Virus record (IMG/VR): IMGVR_UViG_3300044694_000082
Coordinates: 40,345 to 104,344 of that record
From: a virus
Taxonomy: Duplodnaviria > Caudoviricetes
DNA length: 64,000 nt
Direction: 5' to 3' (one strand)
The position numbers and the translations under genes are program-made. Positions 1 to 8,637 of the stretch are shown one piece after another (the stretch's first letter is position 1; every line of letters starts with the position of its first letter). The notes under the pieces are model-generated. The model was not told the DNA's origin and made no database searches. It was given only the letters and a program-made list of their open reading frames with translations.

Positions 1-358
1 CCTGCCAGTACGGACACTCACACCGTGGCAGGGGCTCATCAGTTACTGCATCGGAGCCGAGACGGATGATGCCGTCCGCATCGGCCTTGGGGTAGCGATC
101 GTTGAGATCGATGCCACGCAGGCCAGCCATCAGGCGGGCGTACGCCTCCTCGTCGACACAGGAGCCGTCACAGAAGTCCGGCTCATCCTCGGTGCCTGGG
201 CCGTGACCCGGGCACTCGGGCTTGTCATCGGGCGACTGGTGCTTGTCATTGTTCGGGTTGGCGCCGCAGAACGTCTCGCCGGTGATCAGGTCGCGGCCGT
301 CCTCGTCCAGTGGATCCGAGCAGTGCACGCACAGCGGGGTGTCGTAGTCCTGGCTCAC
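1..358 (-). CDS. Hypothetical Cys-rich protein, runs off the window edge
   Basis: GTG at 358 overlaps the upstream stop; frame open to position 1 (MSQDYDTPLCVHC...). Confidence 0.6.
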   Translation of the reverse strand, partial: MSQDYDTPLCVHCSDPLDEDGRDLITGETFCGANPNNDKHQSPDDKPECPGHGPGTEDEPDFCDGSCVDEEAYARLMAGLRGIDLNDRYPKADADGIIRLGSDAVTDEPLPRCECPYWQ

Positions 359-654
359 CAGGGCCTCTCCCTCTGCTCGCCGCAGGGGCAGGTCTGGATC
401 ACGGGCGGCCTGGGCAACTCTCCTCCTGACGGTGGGCTTTCGAAAACATGGACGTGCCCGGCGCCCGTCTGGTGCGCCGGGCACCGGTGCTCCTGGGTCG
501 CCGTGTCGTACGCCCAGCCCGCTTGCCGCGCCGACGTGAACGCGGCCACGTGTGTGCGGTACGTGGTGATCACACCGAGGCACTTGAGCGGGCGGCCGGG
601 ATCGAGCCAGCCGCCGCCCACGCAGCGGACCATGTACTGGGCGTGGATGCTCAC
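355..654 (-). CDS. Hypothetical Zn-binding protein
   Basis: GTG start coupled to upstream stop; Cys/His motifs. Confidence 0.6.
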   Translation of the reverse strand: MSIHAQYMVRCVGGGWLDPGRPLKCLGVITTYRTHVAAFTSARQAGWAYDTATQEHRCPAHQTGAGHVHVFESPPSGGELPRPPVIQTCPCGEQRERPW

Positions 655-1718
655 CGCATGCTCTCCTCGATCGCTTCGGCTTCGGCGTCCTCGGCGGCGA
701 GGCACCGCTCGCACTGGTTCTCGCCCTCGTCGCAGTTCTCCTGGTCGGCGCCGTTGACACAGCGTTCAACCTGGCTCTCGGGGATGAACTTGGCGTCGTC
801 CATGGAGTACCAGGTCTCGGGACCGCCGGGCCGGAGCCAGTGGACCCGCAGCCGTGTACGCCCGTTCTTCTCCTCGACGGCGATGACGTAGCCCTGCTGG
901 CCGCCCTTGCCCTGGATGTAGACGCGCGGCGCCGTCGGCCGTTCGTAGCGCTCGAACCAATCGGCGAACTTGGCCGCAGGCCAGGTCTCGTAACGATAGT
1001 CCTTCGGCATGTCCTCACCACGGTCGAACTCAATCAGCAGCTCATCCTTGTTGCCGCGCGTGCGTCGCAGGACCGTGACGAACTCACCCGCACCGCCCGT
1101 GTTCGGCTTGCGCATGCGCCAGGTCGATCCGACGGCGAACTGACCGGCGGGGATGGGCTTGGGCGGGCACTCGGGGCCGTCGGGGTGGACCTCGACGCGG
1201 TTGTCAGCGAAGGCGTACGAGTCGTAGTCGGCGTAGCTCCCGTGCGGGTACTCGCGCCGCCACATGTACTTCGAACGACCAGCGGTGTACCCGCTGATCA
1301 TGCCAGGCTCAGGGTTTCGGTAGACCATCTTGCGACGGTCGTCGTCCCATTCGACATCGGAGACCAGCACCCGCGTACCCACGGGCAGCAGCTTGTGCTT
1401 CGGCTCCGGGGGCGGGTCGGCGTAGTCGCAGTCCTCGGTGTGGCGCTCCTTGCACTGGGGGCGACGGTTCTCCTTGGACCTGCACTCCTTGAGGGGCGGC
1501 AACGGGATGACCTCACGCCACGCCTCGACCTCGTAGGGTGGGTAGTCGCTGTGGTTCTCTGCCAGCATCACGAGGGCTGCGATGTGGGCCCGCTGTGCCT
1601 CGACCTGCGCGGAGAGGAGGGCAGCGATCCGCTCCAGCATGTCGTCAATCGCGAACGCGTCGTTGATCTCTGCGTTGATCGCCTTGAAGTACTCGGGGCC
1701 GGTCTTGTTGTCGGTCAT
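651..1718 (-). CDS. Hypothetical protein with tandem SH3/Tudor-like beta-barrel segments
   Basis: ATG after GAAGGA; segments LPVGTRVLV, FAVGSTWRM, GYVIAVEEK; terminal Cys clusters. Confidence 0.65.
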   Translation of the reverse strand: MTDNKTGPEYFKAINAEINDAFAIDDMLERIAALLSAQVEAQRAHIAALVMLAENHSDYPPYEVEAWREVIPLPPLKECRSKENRRPQCKERHTEDCDYADPPPEPKHKLLPVGTRVLVSDVEWDDDRRKMVYRNPEPGMISGYTAGRSKYMWRREYPHGSYADYDSYAFADNRVEVHPDGPECPPKPIPAGQFAVGSTWRMRKPNTGGAGEFVTVLRRTRGNKDELLIEFDRGEDMPKDYRYETWPAAKFADWFERYERPTAPRVYIQGKGGQQGYVIAVEEKNGRTRLRVHWLRPGGPETWYSMDDAKFIPESQVERCVNGADQENCDEGENQCERCLAAEDAEAEAIEESMR

Positions 1719-1720
1719 GA

Positions 1721-2020
1721 TCAGTCCTTCCGTCCGTCGAGGAGCTTGCCGAACATCTTGGAGGCGGCGGTCAGGTCGGGCTGAGGCTCGGCCTTGACGA
1801 TGGCGACGACGGCGGCGCCGTTGTCCCGCTGCTGGCGGGTGAGGCAGGCCTCGGCGCCTTTGTAGGTACCGGACCACTTCACACCGACGGCGATCCGGCC
1901 GTCCGACCAGCGCACGACGGCGGCGTAGTTGTAGGTGTTGGCGGAGGTGCGTTCGGCGTGGTGGAGCTGGCCGTCCTCGTCGCGGTAGACGGCCACGTAC
2001 TTGGTCTTCTTGGTGGGCAT
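1721..2020 (-). CDS. Hypothetical protein
   Basis: GAGGAG RBS, MPTKKTKY start, operon packing. Confidence 0.65.
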   Translation of the reverse strand: MPTKKTKYVAVYRDEDGQLHHAERTSANTYNYAAVVRWSDGRIAVGVKWSGTYKGAEACLTRQQRDNGAAVVAIVKAEPQPDLTAASKMFGKLLDGRKD

Positions 2021-2021
2021 G

Positions 2022-2426
2022 TCAGGGCTCCTCGGTGTGGGCGGTGTTGGCGGGGAGGCACTGCGGGGTGGTGCGGTGCCAGGTGTAGCAGCCGTCGCAC
2101 AGGCAGTCGTCCTCACCGGCGAACATGGCGTCTTCCGGCGTGACCAGACGGCCACAGCACGGGCACGAGTTCGGCGGGGTGTCGGCGGGGTCGATGCGGA
2201 AAGACCAGCCGGACGGCTCATGCAGCTTCGCAACGGCGGTCCCCAGTTGTGCGAGGTCATTACCGAACCGGCGGGCGGCCATGACCGGGACGTCCATGCG
2301 GATCAGGATGTCTCCGGCTGCGTCGCCCGCGTGCTGGATCTCGGTGACCTCTTCGCGCAGGACCACGGCCTTGCCGTAGGCGGCCGGGGCGATGGGCGGG
2401 TGGATGACGGACAGGACGTAGCTCAT
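2022..2426 (-). CDS. Hypothetical protein, paralog family C (H-x-x-SG-x-x-FRI) with C-terminal Zn finger
   Basis: Motif shared with 5133-5585 and 12020-12478. Confidence 0.65.
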   Translation of the reverse strand: MSYVLSVIHPPIAPAAYGKAVVLREEVTEIQHAGDAAGDILIRMDVPVMAARRFGNDLAQLGTAVAKLHEPSGWSFRIDPADTPPNSCPCCGRLVTPEDAMFAGEDDCLCDGCYTWHRTTPQCLPANTAHTEEP

Positions 2427-2575
2427 CGCAGCTCCTCGATGTCGTCGGGGTGTTGGTACTGCTGGATCTCCATGGCCTTCCTGTAGTTGCGAGCCGCGGC
2501 CAGCGAGAAGCCAGCCGACGCGATGGACATGACCAGGGACAGGAGAGAGATGATCAGGGCGACGGTGTCGTTCAT
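2423..2575 (-). CDS. Small membrane protein (50 aa)
   Basis: MNDTVALIISLLSLVMSIASAGFSLAA; ATGA overlaps at both ends; below ORF-track cutoff. Confidence 0.6.
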   Translation of the reverse strand: MNDTVALIISLLSLVMSIASAGFSLAAARNYRKAMEIQQYQHPDDIEELR

Positions 2576-2943
2576 CGGGTGGCCTCCAGCTCGGCGAGGC
2601 GGGCGGTGATGAGCCGCTTCCAGGCGTCGGTGAGGGGGGCGAATACCTCCGTACGCTCGGCGTCGTTCAGTCGGTGCGCGAAGACGCCGATCTCCTTGGT
2701 TCCGAGGGTGAATCCGTGGGCCATCCTGTCGTCGTCCACGTCCAGGCCGAGTTGGTCCATGGCGCCCATGTAGGCGCCGTCACCGTCCGAGTGGCAGACG
2801 ATCTGAGCGGCGACGCAGAACTGGGTGTCGGAAACGTCGAGGGCGCGGAGGTCGACGTCCAGCTCCCAGCCGGGGTAGCGGGCGTCGAGGATGCGGGCGC
2901 CCTTCAGGACGCGGGCGTCGAGTTCGGTGTCGGTGGGGAACAT
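2572..2943 (-). CDS. Hypothetical protein, paralog family A
   Basis: SAS-type RBS; aligns with 3875-4219. Confidence 0.75.
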   Translation of the reverse strand: MFPTDTELDARVLKGARILDARYPGWELDVDLRALDVSDTQFCVAAQIVCHSDGDGAYMGAMDQLGLDVDDDRMAHGFTLGTKEIGVFAHRLNDAERTEVFAPLTDAWKRLITARLAELEATR

Positions 2944-3020
2944 GGTGTCTTCCTTGTCGTAGTTGGTCCCGTAAGCCGAAGGGGCCGGACACAGTGTGCC
3001 CAGCCTGTTCGGTCGGCGGG

Positions 3021-3197
3021 TCAGTCTTTGGTGGGCCAGAGGCAGGCCACGATCACCACGATGGCGGTGATCACGGCGATGGCTGCGACGCCCAGGAGTA
3101 CGGCACCGATCCCGAGACCGATGCCGCATCCTTCTGGGTCGTACTTCCGCATGTCCGAGGGGCACCAGAAGTTCCAGTACCAGTCGGGGATGCTCAC
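3021..3197 (-). CDS. Small membrane protein (58 aa)
   Basis: GTG coupled to upstream stop; hydrophobic GIGAVLLGVAAIAVITAIVVIVACLW. Confidence 0.6.
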   Translation of the reverse strand: MSIPDWYWNFWCPSDMRKYDPEGCGIGLGIGAVLLGVAAIAVITAIVVIVACLWPTKD

Positions 3198-3397
3198 GTG
3201 ATCTCCGCGATCGTGACCCGATAGCGGCGGGTGTCGTTGCTGCCGTACGGGTCAGCCGTGACCACATCGATGGCCAGCGGCTCACCCGGGACCGGCGGGA
3301 CCAGGTCGAAGTGCTTGACCAGCCGGGTCTCCAGGTCACCGTTGAGCAGACCGGTCATGGCCGTGTAGATCGCGTAGCGCAGCTCGGCGTCGTTCAT
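3194..3397 (-). CDS. Hypothetical protein
   Basis: ATGA overlap, MNDAELRY start. Confidence 0.6.
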   Translation of the reverse strand: MNDAELRYAIYTAMTGLLNGDLETRLVKHFDLVPPVPGEPLAIDVVTADPYGSNDTRRYRVTIAEIT

Positions 3398-3624
3398 CCG
3401 GGGTACTCCCCGAGCCTCGTGTCCCAGGCGTCGCCGGGCAGACGGGCCAGCCACTTGGCGATGACCATCTGGGCGAACTCGTGCGGGATGCCTTCGGCAT
3501 CGGTGCCCTCGGTCTTCTCCGTCCAGAACTCCAGCAGGGTTCCGGCCTCTTGAAGGAGGCGTTCGGCGACCTGTCGGCGCATCTGGGCGGCACTGACGCG
3601 TGCCGAGGGGGTGGGCGTGTCCAT
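3394..3624 (-). CDS. Hypothetical protein
   Basis: GAAAGGACACC RBS. Confidence 0.7.
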   Translation of the reverse strand: MDTPTPSARVSAAQMRRQVAERLLQEAGTLLEFWTEKTEGTDAEGIPHEFAQMVIAKWLARLPGDAWDTRLGEYPG

Positions 3625-3647
3625 GGTGTCCTTTCGGTCGGCGGGGC

Positions 3648-3860
3648 TTACGCGCCCGTGAACTTCAGGTCGATGCTGGCGTCGACCTCACCGTTGCCGA
3701 AGACCCCGCCCCGGGCGTTCCCGGCGATGTAGGTCTTGGCGTCGTTCTTGATGTTCTCGCGGCCTTCGACGCCGAAGGCGGTCGTCCACTGGGACGGGTT
3801 GTGCAGGGTGACGGTCAGCTGGACGGTGAAGCTCATCGGGCGGTTGGGATCGCGGGCCAT
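3648..3860 (-). CDS. Hypothetical protein
   Basis: GAAAGGAG RBS, MARDPNRP start. Confidence 0.7.
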   Translation of the reverse strand: MARDPNRPMSFTVQLTVTLHNPSQWTTAFGVEGRENIKNDAKTYIAGNARGGVFGNGEVDASIDLKFTGA

Positions 3861-3874
3861 CGGGGTGGCTCCTT

Positions 3875-4219
3875 TCAGTCGGCGGCGAGTGCGGCCTTGG
3901 CGGTGCGGTGGGTGACCAGCTCGATGACCCACGCCTCGTAGAGGTTGGCGTAGTTGCCGTCGTGGTCGTCGTTTTCCTCGGCGAGGGTGACCGCGAAACC
4001 GTACTCGGCGGAGACGTCGTCGTTCGGGGGAATACCGAGCCGTTGCTGGCCCCGGCTGTACGAGCCACCACCGATGGCCTGTGCCGACGCGCAACGGGTG
4101 GTGCTGTACAGGTCGAGGGTGTCGAGGTCGATCCGGTCGGTGGCGCCCTGCTCGTACTCCTCGATCTTGGTGATGCCCTTGCGGACGCGGGGGCGGAACT
4201 CTTCGATGGTCGTCGGCAT
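3875..4219 (-). CDS. Hypothetical protein, paralog family A
   Basis: SAS RBS; RVxKG...IDLDTLDL...C..AQ...GF...L..AW shared with 2572-2943. Confidence 0.75.
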   Translation of the reverse strand: MPTTIEEFRPRVRKGITKIEEYEQGATDRIDLDTLDLYSTTRCASAQAIGGGSYSRGQQRLGIPPNDDVSAEYGFAVTLAEENDDHDGNYANLYEAWVIELVTHRTAKAALAAD

Positions 4220-4250
4220 GGTGAACCTTCCTTGTCGGGTGGTGCAGGTG

Positions 4251-4616
4251 TCAGGCGGTCTTGGCGGGGCAGGTGTCGGGGCATTCGGTGTGATCGCCGC
4301 TGTCATGCAGCCTGATCGCCTTCTCGAACCAGGCCAGCTGGCGCTGTTGTTCGAGCATGCGCGGACCGGGACGCCCGATCAGGACCACGGCGCAGTCACG
4401 GTCGAATCGCGGTTCATACAGGCGCCCGTCGGCGGCAGGAGTGGCCCGAGTCTTGGAGACCACATCAACCCCGATCACCGGGTAGCCGGTGGGGCCGTTG
4501 ACGCCGTCGGTGCGGATCTCGACATAACCGATCCTGCGCGGCAGCTTGATCTTGATGACCGCCTCGTCGTCGTGCATGAGCACCGTGCGGTGCTCGCTGG
4601 GGTTGAGTTCGGTCAT
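4251..4616 (-). CDS. Hypothetical protein, paralog family B
   Basis: LPxxIGxVEI...VDVxS...PAADG shared with 6215-6466. Confidence 0.7.
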   Translation of the reverse strand: MTELNPSEHRTVLMHDDEAVIKIKLPRRIGYVEIRTDGVNGPTGYPVIGVDVVSKTRATPAADGRLYEPRFDRDCAVVLIGRPGPRMLEQQRQLAWFEKAIRLHDSGDHTECPDTCPAKTA

Positions 4617-4897
4617 GGGGTGCTCTCCTTGTCGAGGTGGTCGGCAAGCGCACGCAGGGCGTACTGAATGCCGGGACGGGTGCCCAGGCGGATGATCTCG
4701 GAGGGTGAGCCGTCCTTGTTCCGGACGGCGAAGCCGTTGGCGGGCAGACCCATCGCGCCACCGATCATCATGCCGCTGTCGCGAAGCTCGATCAGGTGGT
4801 CTTCAACGGCCAGGTGTACGGCCTGCATGAGGTCGGGGTCGTCGGCGATCTGACGCAGGAGGGCGGCGGCGTTGTCGGGCAGCTTGGGCGTGGTCAT
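4613..4897 (-). CDS. Hypothetical protein
   Basis: Coupled ORF, GGGAGG RBS. Confidence 0.65.
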   Translation of the reverse strand: MTTPKLPDNAAALLRQIADDPDLMQAVHLAVEDHLIELRDSGMMIGGAMGLPANGFAVRNKDGSPSEIIRLGTRPGIQYALRALADHLDKESTP

Positions 4898-5136
4898 CAG
4901 ATGCCCTCCCTGATCGTGTGGTCGGTGAGGGTGGCGTCGAGGCGGGCGATGAACTGACCCGGCACCGGAAAGACGGTGGCGACCAGATCACCGATCACGG
5001 TTCCTTCGGGCTTGCTGTAGAAGCGGGTGATGCCGTCATCGCTGAGGACCATGTAGTCGGCGGCGATGTAGGCGACCGGGTCGTCCGCGTAGCGCTCGAT
5101 GCGGAAGACGTGGGCGGGCTCGTGGTTGTCGCTCAC
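4897..5136 (-). CDS. Hypothetical protein
   Basis: Coupled ORF, AAGGAG RBS. Confidence 0.65.
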   Translation of the reverse strand: MSDNHEPAHVFRIERYADDPVAYIAADYMVLSDDGITRFYSKPEGTVIGDLVATVFPVPGQFIARLDATLTDHTIREGI

Positions 5137-5585
5137 AGCTTGGGCTCCTTCGTGGCGAGGCGTTCGCCGTTGAACTTCTTGTACGGCTGGTCGTCGCCGT
5201 CGCAGTGGATGTAGTACCAGCCGTCGAAGTACTGGCCGCCGGGTGCCATGATCCCTTCGTCCATGAACTGTGTCGGTTCAACGACGCCCCACCTGCGGTC
5301 GTAGTCCAGCACCCGCAGGCTGGGGGTGATGAGGGCGCGGTCGGAGGTATGGTGGGCCTCCAGGATGCGGAAGTCGTAGCCGGAGGGGTGGCCCCAGACC
5401 GTGCCGACGGGGCGGCGGCCGAGGGCGTCACCGAACAGGCGGGCGTTCCTCGACCCAGCCACACCGGACCCGATCAGGGAGCCTTTGGCGGCCAGGGCGG
5501 CGTGTTCGACGCTGGAGTAGGCGGTGTCTCCGTAGGCGGTGATCTTGCCCAGCGGGCTGCGACGGATAAGCAGGAGCCCTGGCAT
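5133..5585 (-). CDS. Hypothetical protein, paralog family C
   Basis: GAGGAGG RBS; HPSGYDFRI motif. Confidence 0.65.
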   Translation of the reverse strand: MPGLLLIRRSPLGKITAYGDTAYSSVEHAALAAKGSLIGSGVAGSRNARLFGDALGRRPVGTVWGHPSGYDFRILEAHHTSDRALITPSLRVLDYDRRWGVVEPTQFMDEGIMAPGGQYFDGWYYIHCDGDDQPYKKFNGERLATKEPKL

Positions 5586-5587
5586 GA

Positions 5588-5863
5588 TCACGCCTCCTCG
5601 GTGCGGACGGGGACGAACCAGGCCGGGGAGGGCTGCCCGGCGTTCGGGAACCCCGGGTCGTAGACGGCGGCGTCCTCGACGCGGATCACGCCGTTGGATT
5701 CCAGCGCGACGACGGAACCGCGAGCTACGGCCTTCTCGATTTCGTAGGCGACCCCGGCGGCGTTGTCTTGGCAGATGCGCCGGGACCAGCCGAGGCCGTA
5801 GCCGCCCGCCCACTTGGTGTACCAGACGCCGGGGACGGGGGTGGGGATGGATGCGGTGGTCAT
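5588..5863 (-). CDS. Hypothetical protein
   Basis: SAS RBS. Confidence 0.7.
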   Translation of the reverse strand: MTTASIPTPVPGVWYTKWAGGYGLGWSRRICQDNAAGVAYEIEKAVARGSVVALESNGVIRVEDAAVYDPGFPNAGQPSPAWFVPVRTEEA

Positions 5864-5909
5864 GGTGTCGACCTTCCTTGTCGGTGTAGCGTGGTGGCGT
5901 CTACGTATC

Positions 5910-5942
5910 AAAGCCCGGCACGGCGGCAACCGTGCCGGGTTT
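5910..5942. terminator. Intrinsic terminator-like hairpin
   Basis: CCCGGCACGG-6nt-CCGTGCCGGG with short A/T runs on both sides. Confidence 0.55.
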
Positions 5943-5944
5943 CG

Positions 5945-5960
5945 TGTTTCACGTGGAACA
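5945..5960. promoter_or_regulatory. parS: parS site 1 (chromosomal ParB-binding consensus)
   Basis: TGTTTCACGTGGAACA; reverse complement TGTTCCACGTGAAACA fits TGTTNCACGTGAAACA; intergenic. Confidence 0.85.
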
Positions 5961-5966
5961 TCGGGC

Positions 5967-6215
5967 CTACTCGGGGGCCGACTCCCGCTGCTGCTCCAGC
6001 TGGTAGGCAGCCTCGCGCTCGATGGCCTCGCGGTCCGGCTCCGGCTCGCTGCGGCAGTCGTGCTCGTTCATGAGCGTGATCAGCGTGCCGATGTTGTCGT
6101 CGGGCTCGATGCGGGTGATGACCGTGCCGCAGTGCTCGTGTACCAGGTCGTGATCGGTCTGCATGTCGTCGTCGCTACGGCGGACGACGAAGCCGTACGG
6201 GTCGTTGATCTCCAT
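5967..6215 (-). CDS. Hypothetical protein (HxxC...HxC)
   Basis: Coupled ORF, GAGGAG RBS. Confidence 0.65.
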   Translation of the reverse strand: MEINDPYGFVVRRSDDDMQTDHDLVHEHCGTVITRIEPDDNIGTLITLMNEHDCRSEPEPDREAIEREAAYQLEQQRESAPE

Positions 6216-6466
6216 CAGCTCTCCTCCCTGGTGCCAGTCAGGAAGACGACGCCCGGATGGTGTGGCTGGCCGTCCTCGACGGTGTACGAGTAGCCGTCGG
6301 CGGCCGGGTCCTGGTAGGTGATGTCAGACATCACGTCGACACGTACGCGTGGGGCTCCGTCCTCGCGACGGGATTCGGTGTCGATCTCCACGACGCCGAT
6401 GCCGTCGGGGAGGATGACGCGGAGGCTGCCGCGTCTCATGCGGTACTGGCGATAGTCGTTGGTCAT
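6215..6466 (-). CDS. Hypothetical protein, paralog family B
   Basis: TGATG coupling; aligns with 4251-4616. Confidence 0.7.
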   Translation of the reverse strand: MTNDYRQYRMRRGSLRVILPDGIGVVEIDTESRREDGAPRVRVDVMSDITYQDPAADGYSYTVEDGQPHHPGVVFLTGTREES

Positions 6467-6927
6467 CAGGCGACCTCGGCCTTGGCGTACTCGTCGTACG
6501 CGTCCATGAGCAGGTGGCGGAGCTGGGCGTGCGCGTCGCGGGCGGCGTTGTAGGCGGCCTCGGTCTCGTCGTAGTCCAGCTTGCCGCTGACCTCGAACCT
6601 TTCGGTGATCCACTCCCGCAGGGTGGGCATCTCCTCATACCGGGCGGCGTTCATGAGGAGTTCGCCGAGGACGCCGGACAACTCAGGGTTCACGTGACGG
6701 CCCCCGTTGCTCCGGCGGGACTCGGCCACGGCTCCACCGATGCCCCGGAAGTAGGCGGTGCGGCGGGTGCTGCCGTCCGTCACCCACTTCTGCGGCTCCT
6801 CGGTGGAGCGGATCAAGACCAGGTCCCACACCTCGTACTCGCTGTACGGGCCGGTCGAGACTTCGTGCGTCCAGAACCAGCGGGCGCGGATGCCGTCGCG
6901 GTTGATCAGGTCGGTAAGGGTGGTCAT
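6466..6927 (-). CDS. Hypothetical protein
   Basis: GAAAGGACACC RBS, MTTLTDL start. Confidence 0.7.
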   Translation of the reverse strand: MTTLTDLINRDGIRARWFWTHEVSTGPYSEYEVWDLVLIRSTEEPQKWVTDGSTRRTAYFRGIGGAVAESRRSNGGRHVNPELSGVLGELLMNAARYEEMPTLREWITERFEVSGKLDYDETEAAYNAARDAHAQLRHLLMDAYDEYAKAEVA

Positions 6928-6958
6928 GGTGGTGTCCTTTCGGTGTCGGGCGGCGGAG

Positions 6959-7171
6959 TCAGCGGTCCAGCTTCTTGGAGCGCACGCGGTGCCGTGCATC
7001 CGGGGATGCGATGGTGTACTCCCTGCACAACCAGTACGCGTAGTCGCGGCCGGTCAGGGAGTCGTCCGGGCCACCCGTGTCGGTGGGTTCGACCTCGTCC
7101 AGCTCCTCCCACTCCGAGCCGGGGCCGGTGGTGTACTTGCCTTCGATGACCCAACCGTTGACGGTGCTCAT
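6959..7171 (-). CDS. Small acidic hypothetical protein
   Basis: GAGAGGACACC RBS, MSTVNGW start. Confidence 0.65.
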   Translation of the reverse strand: MSTVNGWVIEGKYTTGPGSEWEELDEVEPTDTGGPDDSLTGRDYAYWLCREYTIASPDARHRVRSKKLDR

Positions 7172-7187
7172 GATGGTGTCCTCTCGA

Positions 7188-7203
7188 TGTTTCACGTGGA
7201 ACA
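7188..7203. promoter_or_regulatory. parS: parS site 2
   Basis: TGTTTCACGTGGAACA, identical to site 1, intergenic. Confidence 0.85.
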
Positions 7204-7204
7204 T

Positions 7205-7552
7205 TCAGCGGGCGGGCGGTGTGTAATCGGGGTCGCGGCGGATCTTGTTGTTGACGATCCGGGAGACCGTCCCCTTGTCCAGTCCGAACTCCTCCGCGAT
7301 GGCGGCCAGCGAGACACGGCCGGTCGCGTACTGCGCGCGGATGACCCGGGCCTCCTTCAGCAGTTGAGCACGCGTGGGTGCGGGCGGGAGATAGTCCGGG
7401 TCCGGCCAGGTCTGGCCACGGATGATCGCCGAGATGGTGGCGTGGTGGACGCCGTACGTCTCGGCGAGCTGCGGCATGGTCGTGCGGCCTGCCGCGTACA
7501 GGGCGCGGATGGTGCGCACCTGCACCCAGGTCAGTACAGGGGCGCCGGGCAT
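7205..7552 (-). CDS. Tandem helix-turn-helix DNA-binding protein
   Basis: Two repeats: IRALY...LAETYGVHHATISAII and IRAQY...IAEEFGLDKGTVSRIV. Confidence 0.8.
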   Translation of the reverse strand: MPGAPVLTWVQVRTIRALYAAGRTTMPQLAETYGVHHATISAIIRGQTWPDPDYLPPAPTRAQLLKEARVIRAQYATGRVSLAAIAEEFGLDKGTVSRIVNNKIRRDPDYTPPAR

Positions 7553-7569
7553 GGGGTCTCCTTGTCGGA

Positions 7570-7585
7570 TGTTTCACGTGGAACG
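7570..7585. promoter_or_regulatory. parS: parS site 3
   Basis: TGTTTCACGTGGAACG (15/16 identical to site 1), intergenic. Confidence 0.8.
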
Positions 7586-7586
7586 G

Positions 7587-7841
7587 TCAGGGGCGGTTGA
7601 GGCCGCGCGTGTCCTCGAAGATGTCGGTCACGGCGCCGGTCTGGTGGTGGGTCGTCCACCACACCTCCAGCCACCGGTTGGACGGGGTGCCGTCCGCTGC
7701 CTGGGCGTAGAAGCCACGGTGGTGGAGCGCCGATCGCCTGCCGAGGCAGCTGTAGGCGCTCATGTGCTGCTCGTCCACCTCGAAGGCGTGGGCGAACCCG
7801 TCCTCAGAGGAACGCTGGGTGATGCCGGTGTGCTTGGCCAT
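7587..7841 (-). CDS. Hypothetical protein
   Basis: ACAAGGAG RBS, MAKHTGI start. Confidence 0.65.
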   Translation of the reverse strand: MAKHTGITQRSSEDGFAHAFEVDEQHMSAYSCLGRRSALHHRGFYAQAADGTPSNRWLEVWWTTHHQTGAVTDIFEDTRGLNRP

Positions 7842-7935
7842 GATGATTACTCCTTGTAATGAGGGGCCGTCTCGGTCAAGGGCACGCCCCGCCGCGGATG
7901 GTCGGCGAGGCGTGCGGCTTGAGGTGACGGACAGG

Positions 7936-8100
7936 TCAGTCAAACAGATCGGTCACCAGGGCGCGGGCTGCATCGAGGCACCGCCCGCAGCTCGGGCCCC
8001 GGAAAACCCGCAGCCGTCGGCAGTACCGGCAGCGGATGTGCCAGTGGCGCCACCAGGTGCAGCGGTTACGGGCGCATGGCTTGCAGAAGCCGTAGCCCAT
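7936..8100 (-). CDS. Small Cys-rich (Zn-finger) protein
   Basis: Three CxxC pairs; TGATG coupling. Confidence 0.55.
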   Translation of the reverse strand: MGYGFCKPCARNRCTWWRHWHIRCRYCRRLRVFRGPSCGRCLDAARALVTDLFD

Positions 8101-8564
8101 CAGTCGTGCTGGCCGATGATGAGGCGCTCGGACAGGGTCAGCGTGACGTTCTCCCCATACGCGCGTTCGATGCGGCGCCGGTGCTCGTCGCACAGGGGCG
8201 ACGGCCCGTCGCTGGGCTCCCCGCTGACATAGGCAACGTGCACGTAGTGCGTGGCGTAGGAGTGGCACCAGTCGCCCTCCGCGCAGGCGACGCGGGTGAA
8301 GTACTCGGTGTGGAAGAGGTGACGGACCGCGCCGTCTTCCTTCACGATCATGGTGAAGGCACACCGCTGGCCGTCCGGGTTGACGTCGCGCCAGGTGTAG
8401 ACCTTGTACCCGAAAAAGGCGGCGTTGCTGACATCGGTCTCACGCTGCAACGGGGTGCGCACACCCTTGTCAGGGGCGCGGTGGCCCATGTGGGCGTAGT
8501 CGACCACGGTCTCGGAGTTGTCGCGGACCTCGGTGGGGATCTCAACGGTGATGGTGTCGGTCAT
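8100..8564 (-). CDS. Hypothetical protein
   Basis: GAGAGGACACC RBS. Confidence 0.7.
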   Translation of the reverse strand: MTDTITVEIPTEVRDNSETVVDYAHMGHRAPDKGVRTPLQRETDVSNAAFFGYKVYTWRDVNPDGQRCAFTMIVKEDGAVRHLFHTEYFTRVACAEGDWCHSYATHYVHVAYVSGEPSDGPSPLCDEHRRRIERAYGENVTLTLSERLIIGQHD

Positions 8565-8637
8565 GGTGGTGTCCTCTCGTTGCCGTAAACCGAAGTGGGC
8601 AGACACATCGTGCCTGCCCTGCCACGGTCGGCGGCGG

